A stretch of DNA of 64,000 nt from Bilabrum cf. latius (taxonomy: Eukaryota): assembly GCA_965178125.1 (NCBI GenBank), contig OZ237746.1, forward strand, positions 186,001 to 250,000. The letters are read 5' to 3'. Shown here one piece after another: positions 1-11,484 of the stretch. Made by a program: the position numbers and the translations under genes. Positions within the stretch are counted from its first letter, which is position 1, and every line of letters begins with the position of its first letter. The notes beneath the pieces were generated by a model, which saw nothing but the letters and a program-made list of their open reading frames with translations, had not been told where the DNA came from and searched no databases.

Positions 1-3000
1 CGTCGTACACGAGGACCAGGGCAAGCAGCTAAAGGCGCCCGAAATGGGCAAAACAGAGCCTAACCCATCGGTCCAGCCACCCGCCAAGGGCAACCTCCGC
101 AAGTAGGTGTCTATGGGGCGCGGCATCCTCAAGTCGGGGGGCAAGCAGTCGCGGGCGGGGTCGCATCCACCGCTCAGCAGGGGCCGCTCGTCGAACGCAA
201 TCGGGAACGCCGACGATCGCACGCAGTTGCAGCACCAGCAATACATGCCGCCTGCTCTCGACTCCGGGACAGACCTCGATGGCAATGCGTCGATGCACTC
301 GGGCACTGTCAGCTTCAAGGATGGGGCGAACCAAGTGGTCGTTATCGACGCCGCGGGAAAGAGCAGGAGCTTCCACAGCGGCACAGGCTCCACCCGATCC
401 ACCATCGCCAGGATCCACCAGCTGTCCCAGGGGGCGGTGGAGCCAGAGATCCGCTCCATCCGGATCGTTCTCCTGGTGCTGGCAGTTGCTGTCCTTGCCC
501 TTGGAGTTGGCATCGTGCTCTACATCCGCAACGTGGTGTCCCAGATTGGGAACAACTCGGCCTCCGTGTGGATTGCGGGGCAGAGGCGGAGGGCCATGCA
601 GACGGGCATCGATGCCGTGCTCTGGATGAGCTTCCAGACCTTTGACGCAAACGGCACGGTGACGGGAGCGTCGAGCGTGCTCGACTCGATCGAAGACACC
701 GTCCGCAGGCTGCAGGTCGACAGGGTGGCCACCGACATGGAGCTGCACCGCCTGCTAGAGGGCGCTGGAGGGCTGCCAGTGGATGCTACCGCTTCCATGC
801 TGGAGGAAATGCTACCAGAACAGGTTGCTCCGAGTGACCTGCTTGCCGGTCAATCGGAAGCGAAGCCTCGCCGCAAGCTGCAGTACAGCACCAGCGCCGA
901 GACAGCCCTCATGGCCAGCAATGGGAGAGGCGCGCTGGAGCTGCTTCGGCTGATATCGGACGAGATGCAGATCGCGCAGGCAAAGCTGTTCGAGCTGCAG
1001 ACGGATGCAAAGGTGGGAGAGTTCGAGGGCGATTTCCGCACGGCCATGCGGCTGCCGCAGCAGGCGGGCGGCGGCACCATCTACGTGCCGCTCATCCAGC
1101 ACGTGCAGGAGATCGTCGCTGCCATGCGGAGGATCTCCCGGCTGGACCCCCAGAACATCACGGTGTCCCAGCGCGACGTCCTCTTCTTGAGCCTCAACTC
1201 TGAGGTGTGGGACATGGCCATGGGGCACTCTTTGGAGATGAGGTACGTAGTGTTCGCCGCTGTGTTCCCCAGAACCGTGCAGGAGGTGGTGATCTTCGGG
1301 GCGGCGGTGTTTATCGTGTACAATCTCCTGGGGTCCATCGTGTTCGCGAGGCTGTCCACGAGGCTGGGCAGCAAGGTGCGCAACGTGCTGCAGACCTTCT
1401 TGCTGCTGCCCCGCTCCACCGCTCGAAGGCTTGCAAACCGCTCCCAGAGGCAGCTCAACAAGGTGCTGAGGGAGATCAACAGCGAGCTCATGTCCGACTC
1501 TGAGGAGGAGAGCGACGACGATGACGCGGACGACGTGAACTCCGTCAACGGCGCCGGGGGCGAGTCCAGCTCGGTGCAGCTGGTGCAGGCGCGGGCTGCG
1601 CCTGGTCGGCGGCAGGACTCGACCACCCAGCTGCTGCACAACAAGGAGACCAGCTCGGATCGGAGCCTCCTCGCCAAGTCGTTGGGACAGGCGGACGACG
1701 GCAGGAAAATCGTCCAAAGCGGCTCCGAGTCCAACCTTGCCGTTGGCAAAGCAGCCGCCGCGCACGGGAGCTAGCCGGCAGCACCAGGCGCGGGCAAATC
1801 GACCCGTTCCTTCGGGTCTCGCCGCAGCCGCAACTCGAGGTGGTCCTCCCGCCGAGCCAGAGAAGCAGCCCTCGTGAAGGCCATGGCAAACCTCAGGGAA
1901 CACACAGACAGCTCCCAGTTCGTGCTCCGGTCCACCGCCTGGCTGCTGCTGCCCATCCTGCTGGTGCTCGGCTTCATCCTCTTCTTCGTGTTCTGGCAGC
2001 TGTCCTTCACGCAGATCCTCCTGCGCACGTCCCAGAGGATCATCGCCTCTTCTTCGCTTGAGTCGTAGCTGGCCGGCACCACCAACACGATGCTGAGCCT
2101 GAACTCGGCCATCGCCAGGCACACCGGGAGGGACCGAATCATCGAACTCGCGAGACGGGCAGATCTCCAGGGGCAGAAGACCACGGCCGTGTCGGCCGTG
2201 CTGACGTTCGGGGGCAAAGCCGTCCTCACCAAGCTGCTGGTGGCGAATTCCACGCGGTCGGACGAGGTGTTTGGCAGCATCTCCAACGACGAGGTTCTCC
2301 TGACCGCCATTCAGAGCGACAAGGACCCGGGGGGCCCGCAGGCCTACGACGTCATGCACAGCGACTCGTGCACCGCGGTTGTGTGGCCGAACATCACCAC
2401 TGACGTCACCCTGGGACGCATCGAAGCCGCCCAGAGCCGACCATCCGAGAGCGTGCTGACCAGCCAGGAGTACGCCGATGCTCTGCGGATGTGCCTGGAG
2501 ACCGAGGGCGGCGTGCTGGGCGAGGGAGCTCTGTCCGCCATCGCCACTGTGGTGTTCAACCTGAGGCAGGCCGTGTCCGCCGTGTTCCTGGACCTGACGG
2601 GCCTGCCGCCCCCGTCCATGCAGGGCAACTCGGCCGACGACGTCTCTGTGATCCGGAGGTAGCGGAGAGCGCAGCAGGGCGGGCATCTGCGGGCAGGACT
2701 CGGAGGGCTGGATGGTGGCTCCGAAGCGGATGACTGGGACCCTAGGGAGTGGCACGAGGACGGGGGTGCATTGCCGTGGAGTGGCCACGGCGGACTCTAT
2801 GGGGAGGAACAGGGGGGGGGAGAGGGGGGGGGGGGGAGGTCTGGCGGTGCTTCCCCCGGAGCTGGCAAACCTGGACGGCGTGCTGGCTGGCGGTGCAGCG
2901 GCGGACCAATCGGATGGCCGGGGCTGGCGTGGTGCGTCCCCTTCGGATGCGTCGCATGAGAAGGTGGCTGGCAACTCGGAAGGCCTGTGGACCACGCGGT

Positions 3001-3689
3001 GGGCAAACCCGCAATCAGGAGATACTCCGTGGGATTGGAACGGTGAGAGGACCAGCTCGCAAGAGTCCATCCGGCAGCAAGCAAAACGAAACGATGCCGT
3101 GGCATCACGAACCCCTGGGGGGCACACAAGGGGTGGTGCAAGTGGCGATGAATCCTCGCTCGCTGGCGCCACACCGGCGGCTTCGAACCTGGCAGCGGAA
3201 GCAGGCGATCTGCTGGAGAGCAGGGAGCTCCAAACGGGTTCTAACACCACGGATTTGGTTGCAGAGGAAGGTCAGCTTTCGTTCAGCACGGTAGCAACGA
3301 TGCTGGATTTCACCTTCAAGATCAGGGCCATCGTAAACCCCTTCCTGCTTCATTCCGTGTCGGCTATCCGCATCAACTTCTTCTTGGGTCTGAACTCGGA
3401 ACTTAGTAGCGGCTAGAGTCTAGTGGAAGTATCGGCGTGGGTGTTTGTAGGCGTATTCCTGCTAACGACGACGCTGTACTGGCCGGCGGTCGCAAGCCTG
3501 AACGTCCCGCTGACATCTGCGAGGCAGATGCTGCTTCTCCTGCCGGAAGAGACGATCTTGCGGGTGACCGTGTTGCGAACTGCCTTGTATCGCATCGCTA
3601 CCGAGCACGAGCGCAACATGGCTGGCTCCGCAAAGGTTGCGCCGGAGGGAGGTGACGGTGCAGGTGACGGCGCCGTCGCGAGCGCCTGA
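1..3689 (+). CDS. 5'-partial multi-pass membrane protein; C-terminal region resembles TmcB/TmcC-like (PAS-associated) protist membrane proteins
   Basis: The frame is open from window start through TAGs at 104, 1772, 2066 and 2660. It changes frame across the G-runs at 2812-2838, continues through TAG 3414 and ends at TGA 3687-3689. Several hydrophobic helices are present; two are followed by 'FLLLP'/'MLLLLP' motifs. Confidence 0.65.
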
Positions 3690-3863
3690 CCGACCGCAAG
3701 CTTGCAACGAGTTGCCTTGTAGCAGCAACCGCGGTAGCTTGCTACTTGTAAAATTTTGTTTGAACTACAGTACATATCTTGCCTTAGATCGCAACTTGCT
3801 CCGCATTGAAGCCAGATCGAGCGAATGCAACCAGCGAACGCAATAATGCATCGCAGGCTCAAT

Positions 3864-6596
3864 TCAAAAGTCGTCGAACGGATTCGATGAGCCCGTCGCA
3901 GCGGGAGGAGCAGGCGCAGGCGCGCCACCCCCGCCTCCGAACAGGTCATCGTCGTCGTCGTCCTAGAACGGCGCAGCCGAGGCGGAAGGCGCCGGAGCGG
4001 GCACAGGCGCAGGCGCAGGAGCCATGCCACCGAAGCTCCCAAACAGATCATCATCCGCCGCGGCGGGAGCCGCTACTGCTGGCGCCGGCATCCCCATGCC
4101 CATGCCCACGCCCATCCCGCCCCCACCGGACGAGCCCCCCGTCCCTGCCCTGCTCCTTGGCGCGCTCTTGGGCGCCGGTTTGGTCACGTCGATGGCCTTG
4201 TCCAGCGCGTCTCCCATGGCGGCGAACGGATCCGGAGCCGAGGGCTCGATGTCCGGTTCCGCTGCGTGCGCGGCGCCGGCTGCGCCGGCAGGCTTGGCTG
4301 GCGAGGCGAACGGGTTGGTCTGGTGGGAGCCAGCTTGCGGTTGGGGCTGGGGATGGGGCGGGGCTGATGTTCCCTGTGCCGCTCCTGCTACAGCTGCAAG
4401 GTGGTTGTACTGCTGCACGATCTGACCGTACGTTTGCTGCAGCTGAACCATATTCTGCTGCAGCATGCCTGCCTGCTGCTGCTGCTATGGACTCAGGGGC
4501 TGCCCGCTCCGCACCTGCTGGTCCAGCTGGGAGTACGTCTGCTGCACCATCTGCATCTGCTGCTGCACCTGTGCCGCATTCGACTGCAGCACCTGCATCT
4601 GCTGCTGCACATCGGGGCCCGCACCAAGCTGAGGCTGCTGCGGCTGAGGTGCACCCAATCCAGGCCCCGGTCCTTGTCCTGGCCCTGGCCCGGCCATGCC
4701 GAGCTGGGGAGCGTCTGCGGCAGGACCCTCCAAGTCATCAAACGGGTTGCTGCTGCCCCCACCAGCACCTCCGGCCGCGGGCGCACCCACACCCACCCCT
4801 ACCGGAGCAGCAGCCACAGGAGCAGGCACCTGCTGGTATAGCTTCGCGAAGTCCGTCGCCGACAACGCCCTGCCCCTGGCGTCCTTTTTCTCTTCATCCT
4901 CACCATTCCCGTCCGCCTCCTTGCCCCCCTCCCCCTCGTCGAATCCGGCCCAGTCGCCGTCGCCATCGTCTCCACCGCCAGCTGCGTTGCCGCTGCCCTG
5001 CTTGCTGCCTGCAGACGACCCGGCCCCGCCACCAGCGCCACCAAGCATGGCTGCAAAATCATCGTCATCGTCACCGGTCCCATTCGCCCCTGTCCCTGTC
5101 CCTGCCCCTGCCCCAGCCTTTGGCTTGGGAGAGTCAAACGGTTCCCACGATGAACCCCCGTCGCTCTAAGCTCTGGCCGCTACCGGGGCGGCTGCCTCTG
5201 GCTCTGGCTCTGGCTCAAATCCAAAATCGGGCACCGCACCCGCTTGTTCCCTGGCTTGCTTCTTGGGAGCTGCCTCTGTAGAAGGCCCCGGGGAGCCGAA
5301 GTCAACCCAAGACTCGTCCTCGTCCGTTGCTCCCGCTCCCCCAGTGGTTGGGGCCGGGGCAGGGGCCGGGGCAGGGGCAGCTGCTCCGGATCCGCCGAAC
5401 AGGTCATCCTCGTCGTCGTCGTCACCCCCCGAGTCTGCCGCCGCAGCTGACGCACCCACGGCGCTGCCCCCCCTGGACCGGCCCCGGCTCCCCCTCGCGT
5501 GCCGGCTCCTGCGCGGGCCCTCGAGCCCTAGGCCCCCCCCCACGGAGGGGCTGTCTGCGCCCGCACCACCGTTCGATGCACCCAGCGGCGCGATCCGGAT
5601 GGCGCCCAGGCCGCCGCCCCCAGATCCGGATCCAGTTCCGGTTTCTGGGAGCACCTCGCTGAGGGGTGCCTCCCGGGGGGCGGAGCCTGCCCTGCGGCGC
5701 CGATCCGCAGCTCGACTGCTGCCGCCAGCGCCAGAGGAGGAGGAAGCCGAGGCTCCCCCGGATGCCGCAGATGCACCTCCAGCAGGCAGCCCGTCCCCTG
5801 ATTTCCTGCTTCGAGCGCTCCTGTGTTTTTTGCTCGCCTTGCTGTCCGAGATGGCCCAGCGCTTGTCAATGTACTTGAGGCGAATGAAGTCGCGGGCCCT
5901 CTCTGGTTCTTCCGGCGACGGGAGGGCAAATTGCTTTTTGTCCCATGTGGCAAGATATTTCTCGTTTACTCTCTTGTTCCCCCCCTTCTCAATTTCATCC
6001 ACGTCTTCTGACTTGAATGACGTCGCGGACACGCCCATCACGCGCCAGCCATTCTCGCGGCTGCATGGAGGACAAGCCAAGGATCGATATACATTGTGAA
6101 CGTCCATGCATGCATGCATGGATCACCGACGAATATTGACGACACAATGAAGGGGGGCTGGGGTTTGCGATTGATGTGCCGCCAGTGCAGTGGACCGCAC
6201 ATCGGACAACTTCCCGTAAATCTCACTGGATGCCCGAGCACTGCTAGCAAATAAAGGTTTTCCATTGCCATGATACGTAAATCGGCATCTGCGGAGCTGG
6301 GGCTATGACATCAGCAGAGCAAATCATACGCGGCGCGGAGAAAAGAGGCTGCTACTGTGCATCAATGCGCATCAATGCAGCGCGCGAGACAATAACTTTG
6401 CACGGCGGTATCAAACACTCGGTACACTCGACTCCGCTAGACCGTGCCGTCATGCTGAAGGCTGCACCACTGATCCATGCGAGCTTTACAGTTCCTACAT
6501 GCTACACCCTCTCACACGGCTGGTACAATCTGCGCACCGCTTATTGGATTTTTTGTGCATAAACTTCTTCAGCCTAGCATCTACATCTTTTGGCAT
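3864..6596 (-). CDS. ArfGAP-domain protein, AGFG1-like, with NPF motifs (~779 aa, 3 exons)
   Basis: Exons 6596-6516, 6288-6227 and 6060-3864 with GT-AG introns. The spliced Zn finger CADC-x16-C[TAG]QC-SGIHRE has exact ArfGAP spacing; 'GGNKRVNEKYLATW' and 'DFIRLKYIDKRW' follow. TAGs at 6244, 5166, 4485 and 3963. Ends NPFDDF-TGA. Confidence 0.9.
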
Positions 6597-6764
6597 CTCG
6601 AGATTTTTGCTGTTGAACGATTCTTGAATATTCTTGATATTCTGTGATATACCCAGTTTTGTAACGTGCATACTCAACCTTGGGCGAAATCCGATCAATC
6701 CAGCAACAGCAGCACGGGACCACCCGCGATGCAGCGTCCCAGTGGTGATTTCAATCCGCTTATT
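6597..6764. promoter_or_regulatory. Putative bidirectional promoter between the divergent ArfGAP and copine-like genes
   Basis: 168-bp spacer, AT-rich at its left end, between ATG 6596(-) and ATG 6765(+). Inferred from position only. Confidence 0.45.
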
Positions 6765-9700
6765 ATGGCGCAAGCCCGAGATGAAGTTGAGCGAGAGACC
6801 CGCTCCGGTGCGGCTGCAGAGCGACTAGCAGCTGCAAGATCGAGAGGCGACTCTCTTGCGGGGAGGTATGAACGCAGAACGACACTGCGCAAGGAAGATC
6901 TAATGCCCAGACTCATGGTAGGGATCGAAGGCCTGGATGAGGATCCCAACGTGTTCGGGGGCAAGCCTGTAGTAGCGTTGCTTTTCGACAGGAATGGGTA
7001 GTTGCAAGGTGGAGAGGTTGTATTCTGGCCAAGTAATCCAGATGCAATCCGAAGGACACATGCGTGAGTTGTAACCATGCTAGGTTGGAAGACTAATGCT
7101 GTTTGACGCGGTTGCCTGCGCATGACTCTTGCACTGTGGTGGCGCTGCGGAGTTCGCTGTTTCTCTCCACATCGGGCCCGCGGTTGACACCGGTAGGAGC
7201 GTAGCAAACTGAACCATGCGGTACGTATCTAGTACTTTGCTCGCGCACTCATGTACTAGCATGGTACCGCTCTACATTTGTCCCTGCAGGAGCCTCCGGT
7301 TGCCGCACCTGCCTCCAGGTTGCGACCAGCTGGCGGTCGCGTGCTCGTTTCCCTTCGAGGCGCTCGCCAGCGACGCACTGCTCCTCGAAGTCGCCGTGTA
7401 CGACGTGCTCGCACACCGACTGGTCCCCCTGTGCCGCGCTCTGACAACGACCACCACTCTCGCGAGGCAGAGGGGAGACCTCACCCTCCAACCACAGGGG
7501 CTGCACGCGCACACGCACACGCACACGCAGCAGCAGGGGCGTGGAGGCGGCGGGGGCGCGGGGCTGGACCCGCTCCTGGCCTCTACTGCCCCCGCCGTGG
7601 GGGCGGCTGCCAGCACCATTTCCGGCTCCGGATCCGCCACGGTCCGCCGATCCGGTGTGGACCTGAGCGTCGCGTTCCTGGGCCGGGTGGCGGGCCACGA
7701 CGCGCTCAACCCCACTTTGTCCAGGCTGCGCCGCATCGCCAGTCAGTCCGGCAGGCTGCCGCAGCGGGCCGGGAGCAGATCAGGCCCGGGGGTCGGCTCG
7801 GACCCCTTCGTGGGGGTGCCCCCCTCGGTGGGCAGGCCCGACGCAGCCACCCGGGCCATGGCGGCACGCACCCGGATCCGCCTCCGGTGCGTGTTCTCTG
7901 AGGACGTCTCGGACGCGCTCAAAGCCAGGGCGGCTGGGCTCTCTCCCGTGCAGGTGTCGCTGCTGGGGGAAGTGCCAACTGTGGACCAGTATGTCGCGGG
8001 GCTGACTGAGAAGGAGAAGCAAGAAAGGGAGCCGGAGCTGTGGCAGGCCGTGAGGATCGGGAGCGTGCAGGGGCTGGGGCTACCGAACGTTCGTCAGGGG
8101 TTCCTTGGCGGGGAGGCACCCCCGCGGGCGAGGCTCCGCGTGTTTCAGGTGGCGGACGGTGACCTGGCCCGCGCCCGCGCCGCCTCCATGCGCACTCACT
8201 CAGGCGGCGGCGGGGGCGGATTCTCGTCCAGGTTTCTCACAGAGGCATCGCGAAGGGCACGTCTGGCAGAGGCATTGCCCACTGGTGCATCCCACGGGTG
8301 GATGGAGGTGTGTTCCCTGGGACCCACAGGGGCCTCTGCACCTGCTGGGGGGAATGACCCCCAGTTGGGGGCCCTGGAGATACCCCTGTCCAAGCTGGGG
8401 GCAGACGAGTCGGCGCTGTCACTGGACCCTCAGCAGGCCGTGCAGCAGGCCCTCAGCTGCCACCTGGCCCTTGAGCTCTGGCACACGACAGGGTCAGGAG
8501 CGTCCATGCAGGACAAAGTGCTGCTCGGGAGGACCGTCATGACTGCGGCCGAGCTGCTGCAGATGACCGGCAAGCACACGCACATGGAGCAACCCGAGGG
8601 AGGCACTGGGGGGAGCTGGGGCAAATCATCCTCCTCTTCCTTCTCTGCGTCTGCAAGGGGTGTGAGTGCCGGAAGGGCCGCTGATCCGCTCGACGACCCG
8701 GCAGGTGCAACTGCGGGACGTCCGAGGGGAGGCGCTGGCGCTAGCGGTGGCAGTGCCCATGGTGTACCTGGCAGCCTGGACGCGCTGGCCATGGATCCCA
8801 GTTCCCACCTGGCCGGTGGTGCGGCGGAACTGCAGCTAGTGGGCGTAGGGGGCGGCGGCCAGGGCACGGGTCAGGAAGGCAAGGACAGCTGCGGCTTGCT
8901 GCTGGCCGGTGTGCAGCTGCTGCAGCAAGTCACTGGGGCTCTCGTGCCAAAGTCCAAGGAGACGCTGGTGAGGCAGCACGCCATATACGCGGAGCGCAGG
9001 GAACACGCGGCGAGGGCGCTGCTGGAGACGGCCTTGCCTGCGCCCTTGCGCATGCTGCGGCACTAGCTGTTCAACGGCATGCAGCTCGTACCAATCCTAG
9101 CCTTTGATCTCTCCTCCCCAAGAGCCAACAGGGCCAGCGGGGTGGTCAGGGCGGCGGATTCCGAGTAGCACGGCAAGGCCATGGAGGAGGCGAGGCTCAC
9201 TGCCGAGGCACGCAGGCACACGTGGCTGCAGGGCATCAGCAGGATGGGCGGCTCGGGAGGTAGAGGTAGAGACGCTGTTAGGTGCTAGGCATCGGAGGAG
9301 CTGTGCAGGCAACTGCCTGCGGATTTCCTGCCGAGGGGGGAGGCGGTTGAGTTGCTTGGAGGGAGTTCACCGACCTCCAGATCGGGTGGAGGGCCGTCGT
9401 CCTCGTCTGCCGCGGTGGCCAGCCCGGATGGTGACGCTGCCGAGGACTGGGAGGTGGTGCAGCCCGAAGATGGCAGCAAGCCGTACTATTGGAACAGAAA
9501 GACCAACGAGACGCGATGGAAGAAACCGCCGGCACTGCGATCCAAGAAATCAAGGGCAAAGATCGAGAAAGCCAGAATCGAAGCCGAGGAAGCTGCGGCG
9601 GCGGCCGCTGCAGCATCCAAGCGCAAGCGGCACAGCAAGGCCGCCCTCACATTTGCCCTGGCCATGGAGCGCATCGCAGAAGAAGCCATGGATATTCTAG

Positions 9701-11293
9701 GGGCCTTCGCACCGCGGTCCAGGCGGGGTACTGCGGCCTTCTGCTTCGGATTCGGTGCCAGGCTGAGGGGTCTGCCGTACAGCGAGGCAGACGCCGTTCC
9801 CCTGGGCACCACCGCCCTGCTGGATGCAGGGGCCGTGGAGGCGGGCAGGTTGGGCGTCCCCGCGGGGGGACGGCGGGGGACCGTGTCAACGATCGCACTG
9901 GGACCAGGTTCCGCTGGCGTGAGGGCGCCGCGCGCAGCCGCCGCGACCCGCAGCGACGCCTCCTCCATGGCGTGGGCGGCCAAAGGCCCTCCAGCCCCCG
10001 TCTCTGCCGCGCTGAGCACCCCCCACCACACGTACGAGCTGGATCGCCCCGCAGGCGCGCTGACGGACTGTTCCCCGCGGGAAGAGGACGAGGGCTCGCG
10101 TGTCATGCAGGCGGCGAGGGTCAGGGGCGTGGACAGCGTGAGGCAGGCCATCCGGGCGGCGATCTTGGCCACGGAGGCAACATACAGCGAAGGGCCGTCG
10201 TCCGATACCGCGGGTCCAGGCCCGCTGGCTCGAGCTGTGGACGCCGCGGTGGCGCTGGTGCAGCTGGACGCCCCGTCGCCGGGTAGGCAAAGATACGGCG
10301 TGTGCGTGGTGTGCGTGCACCGCCCACCCTCGTACAGCGAGGTAGAGGAGCTGACAGCCAGGTGAGATGCGGGGTCGTGTTCCATACTATTGAGTGTCTT
10401 TTGCCTTGCCTTGTCGTCTTGATGTGTCGTCTTGCATGCGACTTTATCGTCTTTTGGTTCTTCCGCGAGCATCGCAGGCTGGTCCGGTGCACCGTGCTGC
10501 CGCTGTCCTTCGTCTTTGTCGGCACTGGCAGCAGCAACCACCCAGCGCTGGCTCGCGCGCTGGGTGACGGCACGAAGCCGGTGAGATCCGCAGCGGCGGG
10601 GACCGGCAAGCGCCCCAATGCCAGCTACGTGAGCTACAACGACCTGTACGCTGCAGCGGCAGACGCCATCGAGGAGTGGCGTGAGAGCCTCGATCTCGAG
10701 GGCGGCTTCGCGGCAGGGGCCAGCATGGGCGACGCACTGGCTGGGCTGGCGTCGCCTGCAGACGAAGTGCGTAGGGCTCTTCATCTTGGGATGTTTGGGG
10801 CAGTGCCCGGCCAATTCGCGCGTGAGTCCGCTGCGTTTCAGGTGCTTCCTCTCGCTGTCTACTCGCTCGTGCCCCTCTAGCCTCTATTTCTTCCTTCAGT
10901 TCCACTCTCGCCCCTCTCGTTTCAATCGCAGAATTCTGCAACGCGGAGAGCTGGTGCCCTCTGCCGAGCCACCCGGCCTCCTCCATGGCCCTAACCTCCG
11001 AGCGGGAGGCGGACCGAGCCCGGCGCGAGGCCGTGGACGCGGTCGTGTCCGCCACGGAAAGCGCGGTGGCTGAGTTGTGCGGGGAGTCCGATTCGGAGCC
11101 GGAATTTGATGGGGTCGGTGCCAGGCATGGCCCCGCCCTTGGAAGCCGGGCGGGCGCTTCTGGCGCGGGCGCGGGCAAGGGTATGCTTGGTGCGGTAGCA
11201 GAGTCCAGCGAGGCAGAGGAGAGGGCGGCCAGGGAGGCGCAGGCGAAAGCGGCACTGGGCGCGCTGGGTAGATCAATGCTGGGACGGATTTGA
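6765..11293 (+). CDS. Copine-like protein (degenerate C2-like region plus vWA domain) with an inserted WW domain (~1358 aa)
   Basis: Exons 6765-7063, 7290-10361, 10478-10821 and 10932-11293; summed length is divisible by 3. Copine vWA-like motifs: 'GMQLVPILAFDLS', 'FCFGFGARL', 'GVDSVRQA', 'LPLSFVFVGTG', 'AVPGQF'. WW motif: 'WEVVQPEDGSKPYYWNRKTNETRWKKP'. TAGs at ~6999, 9064, 9166 and 9286. TGA stop, then AATAAA at 11299. Confidence 0.75.
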
Positions 11294-11484
11294 AATGTAA
11301 TAAAATCAGGTGTTTGGCCCGCAGATTTGCTGCAACGTGAAGGCATGGAGCTCCAGCTGTGTGGACAGCCCGTGGCTGTTCAGGTTCCTGTTCCTCGGCC
11401 GGCACCCGAAGCAACTCGAACGAAACTCAACGAGGCCTGGGTGTAATAATTAGCATGCGTCTCGAACCATGGTCACTGTGCAAC

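Noticed and set aside
812-5281. Long opposite-strand ORFs (812-3250 minus, 3806-5281 plus, and many similar ones elsewhere)
   Set aside because: These are antisense shadows expected in GC-rich coding DNA and carry no recognisable motifs.
10878-10880. TAG as a sense codon or stop in the copine-like gene
   Set aside because: It falls inside the inferred intron 10822-10931.
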